A DNA stretch of 64,000 nt from Longimicrobiales bacterium (GTDB lineage Bacteria > Gemmatimonadota > Gemmatimonadetes > Longimicrobiales > RSA9). Numbering within the stretch: position 1 is the stretch's first letter; the number at the start of each line of letters is the position of its first letter. Below, in pieces: positions 29,371 through 38,343 of this stretch. The stretch spans positions 7,916 through 71,915 of the forward strand of contig DATHRK010000015.1 of the NCBI GenBank assembly GCA_035465395.1. The letters are read 5' to 3'. The notes under the pieces are model-generated. The model was not told where the DNA came from, did no database searches, and was given only the letters and a program-made list of their open reading frames with translations. A program made the translations under genes and the position numbers.

Positions 29371-30074
29371 GACGCGCCGTCGGAGGCCTGGCGCAGGAGG
29401 CGTTCAACCGGGTCCGCGGCGCGCGGGAAGAAGTAGCGGTCGGAGATGCGGTTGAGGCTCACGCGAAGCGCGGGGAAGAGCCGTCCGCAGCGATCGAGCA
29501 GCCCGTCGATGCCATGGGCGGCGGCCGCCGACGACCGCGCGGCGGCCTGGTAGCCGGCCGCCCCGAGCGTCTCGAAGTAGTCGAGGCCGGGAGCACCACG
29601 CCGCTGGACCCGGGCCGTGACGCGGTCCGGGAACACGCCGCTCAGCCAGAGCGCGGTGTCACCCATGTGGGCCTGGAGCATGAACGCGGTCGATCCATCG
29701 GACTCCTCGATCCGTGCGAGCAGATCGGTAAGGTACTCCGTGCGGCTGCCGTCGTCTTCGACCCTCGGCCCCCGGTTCTCGACTCCGAAGGAATGGAGAA
29801 GGGCGGCGAGATAGTCGGCGAGGGCGCGGTCGTCGAGCCCGCCTTCGAGCAGCGCATGCCGCACGAAGAGGTAGAGCAGGAGCCGTACCGTGGGCTTGCC
29901 GTGGTCGACCGCACCACCCGCCAGCACCGCGTTGAGCATCCGCGGGTCATCCAGAACCGCATCGAGGCCGTCCCGGCAGAGGCGCGCTTCTGCCTGGTCG
30001 GGAGTCTCCTCGTGGACGCGTTGCAGCGCCTCGATGGTCGAGTCGATCTCGGCGGCCCCGAAGGCAGCCCGCAT
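29355..30074 (-). CDS. Hypothetical protein
   Basis: ATG at 30074 (MRAAFGAAEIDS...). G/C-rich third positions. No recognised domain. Confidence 0.5.
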   Translation of the reverse strand: MRAAFGAAEIDSTIEALQRVHEETPDQAEARLCRDGLDAVLDDPRMLNAVLAGGAVDHGKPTVRLLLYLFVRHALLEGGLDDRALADYLAALLHSFGVENRGPRVEDDGSRTEYLTDLLARIEESDGSTAFMLQAHMGDTALWLSGVFPDRVTARVQRRGAPGLDYFETLGAAGYQAAARSSAAAAHGIDGLLDRCGRLFPALRVSLNRISDRYFFPRAADPVERLLRQASDGASWSDA

Positions 30075-30418
30075 GTCCGGCAGTATCACGCCACACCTCC
30101 CTCCACGCACCCCGACACTCGCCCCGGGCGATGGGCACTCCTGCTGCCGGCGCCACCTCCCCGCACCCGCGGGGGTTGCTCGGCGATCATTGCCGCACGC
30201 CGCGGAGCCGCTTGCAGGGCATCAAGGCCCGATCTAGCTTCGGGGAGTCGCGCACACACAACGGCACTGAGAGGGGTATCCGAACCTCTAATGCGCCCTT
30301 TCGGGCCCTGTCAACGTTCTCGTTTGTCGGCCGTGCGCGACTTCTCGGTCGTACCGCGCCCGGGGTCGCGATGATCCCGGGCGCGATCGTGTGTGCCTTT
30401 TCTCCGCATCAGCGCGCG

Positions 30419-31165
30419 ATGAGCCAGATTTCTCGTGCCGCCGCCGCCACGACGCCGTGGCTGTCCAGCGTCCTGCTTTCCGTCCTCGCCGGTTGCGCAT
30501 CCGCGCCGGAGCCGGAGGCGTTCAGCGAGGGGGTCCTCGTGCTGGCCGAGAACGTCTCCGACGGGGCCTCCAGCGAGTCCATCGCCAGCGAGGTGACCCA
30601 AGCGGGATCGGACTTCGTTCTCCTTGCTTCGCCGAGCGACAGCGCCTGGTTCGCGGACGTCGCCGCCGGCAGCGGGCTGGTCATGTCAGGGCCTTCGATC
30701 GAAGAAGGGCTCGGCTTCGCCTACCTGGCCGCGACGGAGCCGCTCGGCGACACGACGATCGCGATCCCCGTCGGCTCGGACGGAGCCGTCGTCCTGCACG
30801 ACGCGCTCTACGAACTGGGAGACGGCGTCTTTCTCGACTTCATCGCGTTCCGGGCCGACGACGCGCCCGACCCCCACGCCCTGATCCAGTCATTTCTCGC
30901 CTACATGGCCACGGATGTCATGACGAACGCTCCGCTCGTCCTCGGCATTCACGCCCGGGACGAGCGGCTGGCGGACTCGCTGGCGGTCCTGCTTCGCCCC
31001 TCGTTCCAGCCACCGGCTGCGTGCGAGAGCGGAGGCGACGCGGCACCGAGTGTGGGCGGCCTGCGCCTGTTCATCGGCACGCCGGTGCAGATCCGCTGTC
31101 AGGAGATCCGTCGCCCGCCGGGCGCCGGGCGCGGCCTCCTCGCGAAGCTGCTGCTGCTGCGGTGA
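30419..31165 (+). CDS. Hypothetical lipoprotein (first gene of the LuxE/LuxC operon)
   Basis: Signal peptide plus lipobox LLSVLAGC. ATG at 30419 within track ORF 30131..31165. Confidence 0.6.
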   Translation: MSQISRAAAATTPWLSSVLLSVLAGCASAPEPEAFSEGVLVLAENVSDGASSESIASEVTQAGSDFVLLASPSDSAWFADVAAGSGLVMSGPSIEEGLGFAYLAATEPLGDTTIAIPVGSDGAVVLHDALYELGDGVFLDFIAFRADDAPDPHALIQSFLAYMATDVMTNAPLVLGIHARDERLADSLAVLLRPSFQPPAACESGGDAAPSVGGLRLFIGTPVQIRCQEIRRPPGAGRGLLAKLLLLR

Positions 31166-32886
31166 ACGGCCCCGACGGCGGCGACGGGCGGGGAGCGGCA
31201 GCGCCCGCCGTCCCTGGCGAGGGCGTGCCGTGGCGGGCCTGGGGCCCCGCTGCGTTCGCCGAGGCCGCGGAGGCGGAGCGACCGATCTTCCTTTCCCTGC
31301 AGACCCGGTGGTGCGCCTGGTGCCGGCGCCTGGAGCGCGAGACGTTCGCCGACCGTCGCGTCGCCAGGTTGCTCGCCGACGCGACCGTGCCGATCCGCGT
31401 CGACGCCGAGCGTTATCCGCACGTGCGCGATCGCTACGTGACGTCCGGTTGGCCGACCAACGCCTTCCTCACGCCGTCGGGAGGCGTCCTTTGGAGTGGG
31501 CCATTCGTGGAGCCGGCCGAACTGCTGCCTGCCGCGCGACGCGTGCTGGCGGCCTGGGAGCGACAGGCGGAGGAGCTGGAGGCGGAGCTGGAGCGTCGGC
31601 GGGCCGCGATCGCGTCGGGCCGGAAGCAGGCGTCCAGGGGCGGGATGCCGCGCCGCGAGGCGGCGGACGCCGTGCTGACGTTCCTGCGCCAGTCGTTCGA
31701 TGCGCGCAACGGCGGCTTCGGGGAGGCCCCCAAGTACCCACCCGTAGACGCCGTGGCGCTGCTGTACGCCGAGGCCGAGCGCGTCGGCGACGCCGACCTC
31801 GTGGGCATGGCGGATCGGACCCTCGACGGCATGCTGGCGGGAGAGCTGTGGGAGCGCGAGACGGGGGCGTTCCACCGGTACGCGCTGGCCGAGGATTGGA
31901 CCGAACCATCGACGGAGCGCCTGCTCACGGTCAACGCGGAGCTGGCGCGGTGCTACGCGCTGTCGGCCGCGCTCCGAGACCGGGACGACTGGCGGGAGGT
32001 CGCGGAGAGAGCCGTGGCCTGGGTGGAGGATGCGCTGGCCCGGACGCACGGACTGGTGGCCGCCAGCGTCGCCGCCCGAGACGAGGACGGCGCGGCCGTG
32101 CGGGATGACACCGCCTTCGCCGACGCCAACGCGGCCTGGGTGCGATGTCTGGCCGACGCGGGCGCCGCTTTGGGGAAGGCCGATTGGGTCGAGCGTGCCC
32201 GCGCGGCGCTGGAGGCCGCGCGCGCGGCCTTCGACGACGACAGCGCGTCGCTGCCTCGCCACTTCGTCGCCGAAGACGAGGACGGCGCACCTCCCCGCGG
32301 GCTCCTCGTGGACGCGGCGGAGTTGCTCACGGCGGCGGTCGCCGTAGCGCGCGCGTCGGGCGAAGCCGAAACGCTCGCGTACGCGATCGACCTCGCGGAG
32401 CGCATGCGCGCGGAGCTGTGGAGCGAGCACGGAGGGTTCCGCGACCGGCCCCACCTGGCGGGCGACCCGCTCGGGGCGCCCGAACGCCCGTTCCACGAGA
32501 ACGCGACCGCTGCCGCCGCGTTGCTGTCCCTGGACGCGCTGGCCGAGACCGGGGGCGCTCGCTCCCAGGCGGAGCGCACGCTCGCCCTGCTCTCTCCGAC
32601 GGCGCCCCGCTACGGGCTGGACGCCGCCGGGTTCGCCCTGGCCACGCTGGAGTTCTTCGACGCGGCCCCCGTCGCCGTCGTCCGCACCGACAGTGCGGCC
32701 GGTCCGCTGCGCTCCGCGGCGGCGACTTCCGCACGCGGCCGCTGCTGGAACCTGACGGAGGACGCCCCCGTGGCCGGGCGAACGTTCGAGGCGGCCGGCG
32801 ACCCCGCCGCCTGGGTCAAGCGCGATGGGGATTGGTCGGGCCCCGTGACCGAGGCGTCGGAGCTGCGGGCCCTGCTGGGCGGATGA
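31162..32886 (+). CDS. DUF255/YyaL-type thioredoxin-domain protein
   Basis: PIFLSLQTRWCAWCRRLERETFAD..PIRVDAERYPHVRDRY...GWPTNAFLTPSG, then a helical (alpha/alpha)6-like C-terminal region. The GTG start overlaps the upstream stop (GTGA). Confidence 0.75.
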   Translation: MNGPDGGDGRGAAAPAVPGEGVPWRAWGPAAFAEAAEAERPIFLSLQTRWCAWCRRLERETFADRRVARLLADATVPIRVDAERYPHVRDRYVTSGWPTNAFLTPSGGVLWSGPFVEPAELLPAARRVLAAWERQAEELEAELERRRAAIASGRKQASRGGMPRREAADAVLTFLRQSFDARNGGFGEAPKYPPVDAVALLYAEAERVGDADLVGMADRTLDGMLAGELWERETGAFHRYALAEDWTEPSTERLLTVNAELARCYALSAALRDRDDWREVAERAVAWVEDALARTHGLVAASVAARDEDGAAVRDDTAFADANAAWVRCLADAGAALGKADWVERARAALEAARAAFDDDSASLPRHFVAEDEDGAPPRGLLVDAAELLTAAVAVARASGEAETLAYAIDLAERMRAELWSEHGGFRDRPHLAGDPLGAPERPFHENATAAAALLSLDALAETGGARSQAERTLALLSPTAPRYGLDAAGFALATLEFFDAAPVAVVRTDSAAGPLRSAAATSARGRCWNLTEDAPVAGRTFEAAGDPAAWVKRDGDWSGPVTEASELRALLGG

Positions 32887-34010
32887 CGCCGGGGGAGCGG
32901 CTGCGCCAGGAGCTGCTCGCGCGCTTCCGACGCGGCGCGGATCATCCGTTCGATGCGCCCGCGTTCAACACGTTGGCTCTGGCCGCCTTTTCGGTGCAGT
33001 TCGAAGCCGACGACACCTACCGGGCGTACTGCGGGCGGCGCGGCGTGGGGCCAGCCACGGTCGACGACTGGCGGCGCATCCCGGCCGTGCCCGCTCGCGC
33101 CTTCAAGGATCTGGTGTTCGCGTCGGGTCCGAGGGGCGAGCGCTCCGCGGTGTTCGCGACGAGCGGCACCAGCGCAGGCCCAGCGCGTCGCGGCCGCCAC
33201 CACGTGCCCGATCTGGACCTCTACGACGCGTCCGCCGCGGCGACGCTCCAGCACTTTCTCCTGCCGGATCTCGAGGCGTGCCGGGTGCTGTCCCTGATCC
33301 CGCCGCCGGAGGATCTGCCGGACTCCTCGCTGTCCTACATGGCCGGGCTGGCGCGAGAGCGCTTCGGCGCCCCGGGCAGTGGGTGGTTCATGTCGCCGTC
33401 CGGGGGGCTCGCGTCCCGGCGTCTCGGCGCCGCGCTGGAAGACGCCCGCGGGGCCGACGAGCCCGTTTGCCTGCTGGGGACCTCGCTGGCGTTCGCGGCG
33501 TGGCTGGAGGAGCTGGCCGCGTCTGGGACGCGCTTCCGCCTCCCCGACGGCTCACGGCTTATGGACACGGGCGGGGCGAAGGGCCGGTCGCGATCTCTCG
33601 ATTCGGCGGAGCTGCGACACGGTTACGCTACGGCGCTCGGCATCCCGGACCATCGGTGCGTCAACGAGTACGGGATGACCGAGCTCTGCTCGCAGTACTA
33701 CGACCGCTGCCTCCGACGGGGTTTCCGCGAGCCGCGAGACCTCAAGGGCTCCGCGCCCTGGTTGGCGTGCGTGGCCGCCGATCCCGATACGCTGGAGCCG
33801 TTGCCGGACGGCGCGATCGGCGTGCTCCGGCACGTGGATCTCGCCAATCTGGGGTCGGTCGTCGCCGTCCAGACGGAAGATCGCGGCCGGGTGGTCGACG
33901 GCGCCGTGGAGCTGTTGGGACGCACCCCGGGCGCGGAGCCGCGAGGCTGCTCGCTCGCGCTGGAGCTGATGCTCCAGCAGGCGGGTGCCGCCGAAAGGCG
34001 CGGTGTCTGA
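32883..34010 (+). CDS. luxE: LuxE-family acyl-protein synthetase (adenylate-forming)
   Basis: FNTLALAAFSVQFEADDTYRAYC...WRRIPAVPARAFKD, FATSGTSAG, NEYGMTE. ATGA overlap with the upstream stop. Confidence 0.75.
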   Translation: MTPGERLRQELLARFRRGADHPFDAPAFNTLALAAFSVQFEADDTYRAYCGRRGVGPATVDDWRRIPAVPARAFKDLVFASGPRGERSAVFATSGTSAGPARRGRHHVPDLDLYDASAAATLQHFLLPDLEACRVLSLIPPPEDLPDSSLSYMAGLARERFGAPGSGWFMSPSGGLASRRLGAALEDARGADEPVCLLGTSLAFAAWLEELAASGTRFRLPDGSRLMDTGGAKGRSRSLDSAELRHGYATALGIPDHRCVNEYGMTELCSQYYDRCLRRGFREPRDLKGSAPWLACVAADPDTLEPLPDGAIGVLRHVDLANLGSVVAVQTEDRGRVVDGAVELLGRTPGAEPRGCSLALELMLQQAGAAERRGV

Positions 34011-35436
34011 GGTGGCCGCCGCGGCGCTCGACGGCTTCTTCCTGCCCGGCCTCGACCCGGCCGATGTCGCCGATTGGGCGGAGACGCCGCTGGCCGGCCT
34101 CGACACCGTCGTGCGTCACCCCCTGCTCGACGGTGAGGCGACGGCGCTGGTCTGGGGCCGACTGCGCGCGGCGCGCGTGGTCCGGCTGTCCGGCGCTCCG
34201 CTCGGGGACACCGCGCCGACGCTGGCGGAGGCGGCCGCCAGGCTGGTTTCCGCAGCCCGCGAGGAACCGTGGCGGGCGGCCATCGCGGCGCAGTTCGGCC
34301 TGTCGCCGGACATGCTGGACCACGTCCTTGAGAACATGGCGCGCGGCTGGACGGCGCGCGCTTTCTCCGGGCTCGTAGCCGCGGAGTTCGGCGAGGCGAA
34401 CGTGGTCACGCGGTTCGCCGAAGACCCCTCCCGCCCCGGCGTACTCCACAGGCCGGTCGCGGAAGACGTGATCTTCCACGTCCTCGCCGGCAACGTCCCC
34501 GGGGTGGGCGTCACCGCGCTCGCCCGCGCGCTGCTGGTCGGCAGCTCCGCGTTCGCGCGCGCCGCTCGATCGGGATCCCTGCTGCCGGCGCTTTTCGCGC
34601 GCTGTCTGGCCGCTACGGACCCCGCGCTGGCGGCCTGCGTCGCGACGACCTGGTGGCCCGGCGGCGACGCGGACGCCGAGCGGGCGCTGCTCGTTCGGGC
34701 GCGGCTGGTCGTGGTGTACGGAGGGGCGGAGGCGGTGTCGGCGATCCGGGCGCGGGCGCGCGCGGAAACAAGGGTGGTCGTGCACGGCCCCGGGGTCTCC
34801 GTGGGCATGGTGTCGGCCGACGCCCTCGCGTCGGAACGCGTGGACCGAACGGCGGAGGCCGCGGCTCTGGCGCTGGCGACGTTCGATCAACGCGGCTGCA
34901 CGTCGCCGGTGGCCTTCCTGGTGGAGAGGGCCGACGCCGCGAGCACCGGGACTTTCTGCGAAGCGCTTGGACGCCGACTCACCGAGCTGTCGCGGGCGAT
35001 GCCACCGGGTCCGCCACACCCACCGGAGGCGGCACGCCGTCGCCAGGTGATCGAAGCCGCGGAGATGAGGGCCGCCCGGTCCGATGGCGGCTCGAGCGCT
35101 CCGGGTCCGCCGATCGAGGGGCCCGGCTTCTGTCTAATTCCCACCTTCCGACTGGAGCCTTCCGACTTCTGCGTGGGGCGGACGGTGCAGGTGCTGGAAG
35201 TCGCCGACCTGGAGGATGCGGCGGAGCAACTCGACCCGCTGGCGGGGGCGCTCCAGACCGTCGGCTACGCCGGCAATCCCGCGGGCATCGATCGCATCGC
35301 CGACCGCCTGGCGGCGCTCGGCGTGTCCCGGATCACGACGCTGGATGCGATGCCGTGGCCCCCGCCGGCGTGGCGGCACGACGGGGCGCATCCCCTCCGC
35401 GAGCTGGTGCGCTGGTCGGACCTGGAACGGGCCTGA
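33985..35436 (+). CDS. luxC: LuxC-family acyl-CoA/acyl-protein reductase
   Basis: FHVLAGNVPGVGVTALARALLVG, and the catalytic Cys context FDQRGCTSP. Candidate GTG starts at 33985, 34003 and 34012 all bracket the luxE stop at 34008-34010. Confidence 0.75.
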   Translation: MPPKGAVSEVAAAALDGFFLPGLDPADVADWAETPLAGLDTVVRHPLLDGEATALVWGRLRAARVVRLSGAPLGDTAPTLAEAAARLVSAAREEPWRAAIAAQFGLSPDMLDHVLENMARGWTARAFSGLVAAEFGEANVVTRFAEDPSRPGVLHRPVAEDVIFHVLAGNVPGVGVTALARALLVGSSAFARAARSGSLLPALFARCLAATDPALAACVATTWWPGGDADAERALLVRARLVVVYGGAEAVSAIRARARAETRVVVHGPGVSVGMVSADALASERVDRTAEAAALALATFDQRGCTSPVAFLVERADAASTGTFCEALGRRLTELSRAMPPGPPHPPEAARRRQVIEAAEMRAARSDGGSSAPGPPIEGPGFCLIPTFRLEPSDFCVGRTVQVLEVADLEDAAEQLDPLAGALQTVGYAGNPAGIDRIADRLAALGVSRITTLDAMPWPPPAWRHDGAHPLRELVRWSDLERA

Positions 35437-35454
35437 AACCGTCCGATCCGCCGC

Positions 35455-35655
35455 CTATTCGGGGTCGTCGGAGTCGCTCCGTTCGGCCCGCCACATCACG
35501 AGCTGGCGCGTCCCGGAAGAGCTCTCTTCGACGCGCACGGTGAGAGAATCGCCGTCCTGGAGCCCCATGTCGTCGCGAATGTCCTGGGGAATGGTGACGC
35601 GTCCGCCCACGCCGACCGACACATCGCCGTAATACAGCGTACGATACAGGGCCAT
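35455..35655 (-). CDS. AbrB/MazE/SpoVT-family DNA-binding protein (66 aa)
   Basis: SpoVT-AbrB motif GRVTIPQDIRDDMGLQDGDSLTV. ATG at 35655 with GGAGGA 7 nt upstream. Confidence 0.7.
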   Translation of the reverse strand: MALYRTLYYGDVSVGVGGRVTIPQDIRDDMGLQDGDSLTVRVEESSSGTRQLVMWRAERSDSDDPE

Positions 35656-35710
35656 CTGCTTGTCCTCCGCGACCGGTGTGGCGCGCGCTACCGCGCCTTG
35701 AGAAACGGAA

Positions 35711-35740
35711 TAAATAACAGAAATGCGCTGGGGTCGGCAA
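35711..35740 (-). promoter_or_regulatory. Candidate sigma-70-type promoter of the AbrB-like gene
   Basis: Minus strand reads TTGCCG-N17-TTATTT (or N18-TATTTA), inside the only AT-rich patch of the region. Confidence 0.35.
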
Positions 35741-36021
35741 TCCCCGCGCGCGCACGCGCGTGTGTAGGTCATGATGGTTCGTTGTCGCGATGCGTTTGCA
35801 CGATGCAACACTTCGGGCGGGATCCTTCCGGAGTTCGATGGGTATCCAAGTCGCTTCCGGACACCCTCGGTTGTGACCTAACTGCGTGCTAATCCATCAG
35901 TTGAATGGGCGCATCGGCGTCCGGAAGGGCCCCTGGGGCACGACCGTTGCCCCCCTGGCGGCCGGATTTCGCGGTGCCGACGCCGGCACCACGTGAAATA
36001 GAGAACAAGGCTGGTTTACAT

Positions 36022-36735
36022 ATGTCCCCCGCGAACGAACTCGACCTGATGTGGGGTCGATGGAAACGGCGCGTTACGGCGGTACTGGTCGGCGGTGCGG
36101 CATTGACCGCGCTGACGGCGATGTTGGGCGCGGCGCCGATCGCCGAGGCGAAGCCCGTCTCGGAGGCCGACGCCCTGGATGTCGTCGCCCTGCAGGGGCG
36201 GGCCGAAACCCTCGGGGACGCCCTGGACGACGCCGGTCGCTACTTCGAGGAGACGGTAGCGCCCATCGAGCGCGTGTTGCTGCAGTACCGCGACGATCCG
36301 GCCCTGGTGTCCACCATCGCTCGGTCCGTCGTGCGGGAGGCGAACGCCGCGGGGCTGGAGCCCCGGCTCCTGCTGGCCGTGATGCTCGTCGAGAACCCGT
36401 GGCTGGATCCCGAGGCGGAAAGCTTCGTGGGTGCGGTGGGCCTCATGCAGGTCATGCCGCTGCACGAAGGCGAATGGGACGGCTGCACACCGGACCTGCG
36501 CGACATCCGGGCCAACATCTGCCACGGTGCCCGCATCTTCGCCCATTACTTCGAGCGGTCCGCGGGCGACGTCGAGCGCGCGTTGCTGCGCTACAATGGC
36601 TGTGTGAAGGGCACCAACACGCCCGACTGCCACAGCTACCCGTACCACGTATACGCACGCGCCGGGCGCGCGAGCATGCTGGCCTGGCTCGGCCAGACGG
36701 GGGGAGCTCCGGTAGGCCGGGCGGCGACGCCCTAG
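36022..36735 (+). CDS. Lytic transglycosylase (SLT domain)
   Basis: Signal/TM helix, catalytic region LLLAVMLVENPW, and the motifs GLMQVMP and YNGC. Confidence 0.8.
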   Translation: MSPANELDLMWGRWKRRVTAVLVGGAALTALTAMLGAAPIAEAKPVSEADALDVVALQGRAETLGDALDDAGRYFEETVAPIERVLLQYRDDPALVSTIARSVVREANAAGLEPRLLLAVMLVENPWLDPEAESFVGAVGLMQVMPLHEGEWDGCTPDLRDIRANICHGARIFAHYFERSAGDVERALLRYNGCVKGTNTPDCHSYPYHVYARAGRASMLAWLGQTGGAPVGRAATP

Positions 36736-36807
36736 GCGGCGCCCGGCCACACCGCGGCCGTCCAGACCGCGGCCGTCAGCACCGCGCCCCGTCCAGACGG
36801 CGTACCG

Positions 36808-38334
36808 CTATACGGCTTCGGTCTGGACCGTGCCCGTCTGGATCGCGCCACTCACCTGGCCCCGCCGCATCGGCTCGGTGCGCGCCGTTCCATGGGGCTG
36901 CGAAACCGGGAGCTCCAGAGTGATCGACGTGCCCTCACCTTCGGTGCTGCTTGCGCGGATGGTGCCGTTGTGCGCAACGACGACCTGACGCGCGATGGCC
37001 AACCCGAGGCCGCTTCCGAGTCGGCGGGCCTCCCGGCCGGCCTGGTAGTACTTGTCGAAGATGTGATCCAGTTCGTCGGGCGGTATGCCGCTGCCGGTAT
37101 CGCGAACGAGGATGCGGACGAAGCCTCCGGAGGCTTCCGCCCAGACCTCGATCCGTCCTCCCTCCGGCGTGAATTTGAAGGCGTTTGACAACAGGTTGCC
37201 CAGCACCTCGTTGCGGAGGCGATCCGGGTCGCCGCAGATCAAGTGAGGGCAATCCGGCTCGAGACCGACCACGAGCTCGATCTTCTTCTGCACGGCCAGC
37301 GCGTCGAAGCTTCGGCGCAGCGCCTCCAGCATGTCCACGAGTGACATATCGGCGATCTGGATCTCGAATCCGCCCGCCTCGATCCGGCTCGCGTTGAGCA
37401 ACTGGTTCACCAGGGCGCCCAGGTGACGCGCCTGCTCCAGCATGGTTTGGAAGATCTCCTTCTGTGCCTCGTCGACCTCCCCGTACATGCCCGTCTCGAG
37501 GAGCTCGGCGTACCCGGAAATGACGTTGATCGGCGTCTTCAGGTCGTGACTCGCCATGCCGATGAACTCGGCTCGGATCCGCTCCAGCTCGCCGAGGCGG
37601 CCCGTCATGGTGCGGAAGGCGCGCGACAGGTCACCGATCTCGTCTTCCCGGTCGTAGGGCAGATCTCCGGGGACCTGGAAATGGCCGTCCATCACCTGTG
37701 ACGTCGCGGCCTGCAGGCGCCGCAGGGGGGTGGTGAGCGCGGTGGTCGTCCAGGCCCCGAGGAGCAGCACGACCGCCAGCGCGCCGATGAGCGTGACGAG
37801 CACCGTCGTGGAGGCGGTCGCGGAGATGCGCTCGGCGCGCAGCACGTCTTCGCGCGCTCGGCGGTCGATCGCGCCGGCGAGCGCGGACAGCGTGTCCAGC
37901 GTGCTCGCGATGGCCGGCTTCACCTCGTCCAGCGCGGTGGTCGCGTCGTCGAAGTCGCCGGCCTCCACCATCCCCCGGATGGACGTCGCGCCTTCCTGGA
38001 TGCTCGTTACCCTCGCGGCCGGCCCACGTACGTCCGTGGCGTATCCCAGCTCGTCGAGATCGCGGAGGTGGAGGCGCGCCTCGGCCAGGTGCTCCACGAC
38101 CTGGTCGCGTAGCGCCGGATCCGGCGCCGCCACGTAGCTGCGCAGCGAGCGATCCAGCTCCGCGAGCGATCGCTCCAGACGGCCGAGCGCCAGGTAGGCG
38201 GCGGCGTGGCGCCCACGGAGGCGCTCGGTGATCTCCTTGACCTGGGACAGCTGGCTCGCCGAGTAGACCGCCGGAACGGTGAGCAGGGCGGCGATCCCCA
38301 GGAGGGTGAGGATGAGGCGGCGCCGAACGGTCAC
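36808..38334 (-). CDS. Sensor histidine kinase (periplasmic helical sensor, HAMP, HisKA, HATPase_c)
   Basis: Two TM helices, H-box MASHDLKTPINVISGYAELL, N-box LGNLLSNAFKFTP, G-boxes VRDTGSGIP and GSGLGLAI. GTG start. Confidence 0.9.
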   Translation of the reverse strand: MTVRRRLILTLLGIAALLTVPAVYSASQLSQVKEITERLRGRHAAAYLALGRLERSLAELDRSLRSYVAAPDPALRDQVVEHLAEARLHLRDLDELGYATDVRGPAARVTSIQEGATSIRGMVEAGDFDDATTALDEVKPAIASTLDTLSALAGAIDRRAREDVLRAERISATASTTVLVTLIGALAVVLLLGAWTTTALTTPLRRLQAATSQVMDGHFQVPGDLPYDREDEIGDLSRAFRTMTGRLGELERIRAEFIGMASHDLKTPINVISGYAELLETGMYGEVDEAQKEIFQTMLEQARHLGALVNQLLNASRIEAGGFEIQIADMSLVDMLEALRRSFDALAVQKKIELVVGLEPDCPHLICGDPDRLRNEVLGNLLSNAFKFTPEGGRIEVWAEASGGFVRILVRDTGSGIPPDELDHIFDKYYQAGREARRLGSGLGLAIARQVVVAHNGTIRASSTEGEGTSITLELPVSQPHGTARTEPMRRGQVSGAIQTGTVQTEAV

Positions 38335-38343
38335 AGCGACCTG

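Noticed and set aside
35698-35892. 64-aa Cys-rich ORF in the long intergenic spacer
   Set aside because: It has a TTG start and no Shine-Dalgarno sequence. Its codons (AGA, ATA, AAT, AAC runs) are atypical for this genome, and it spans the AT-rich promoter-like patch. It is more likely non-coding.
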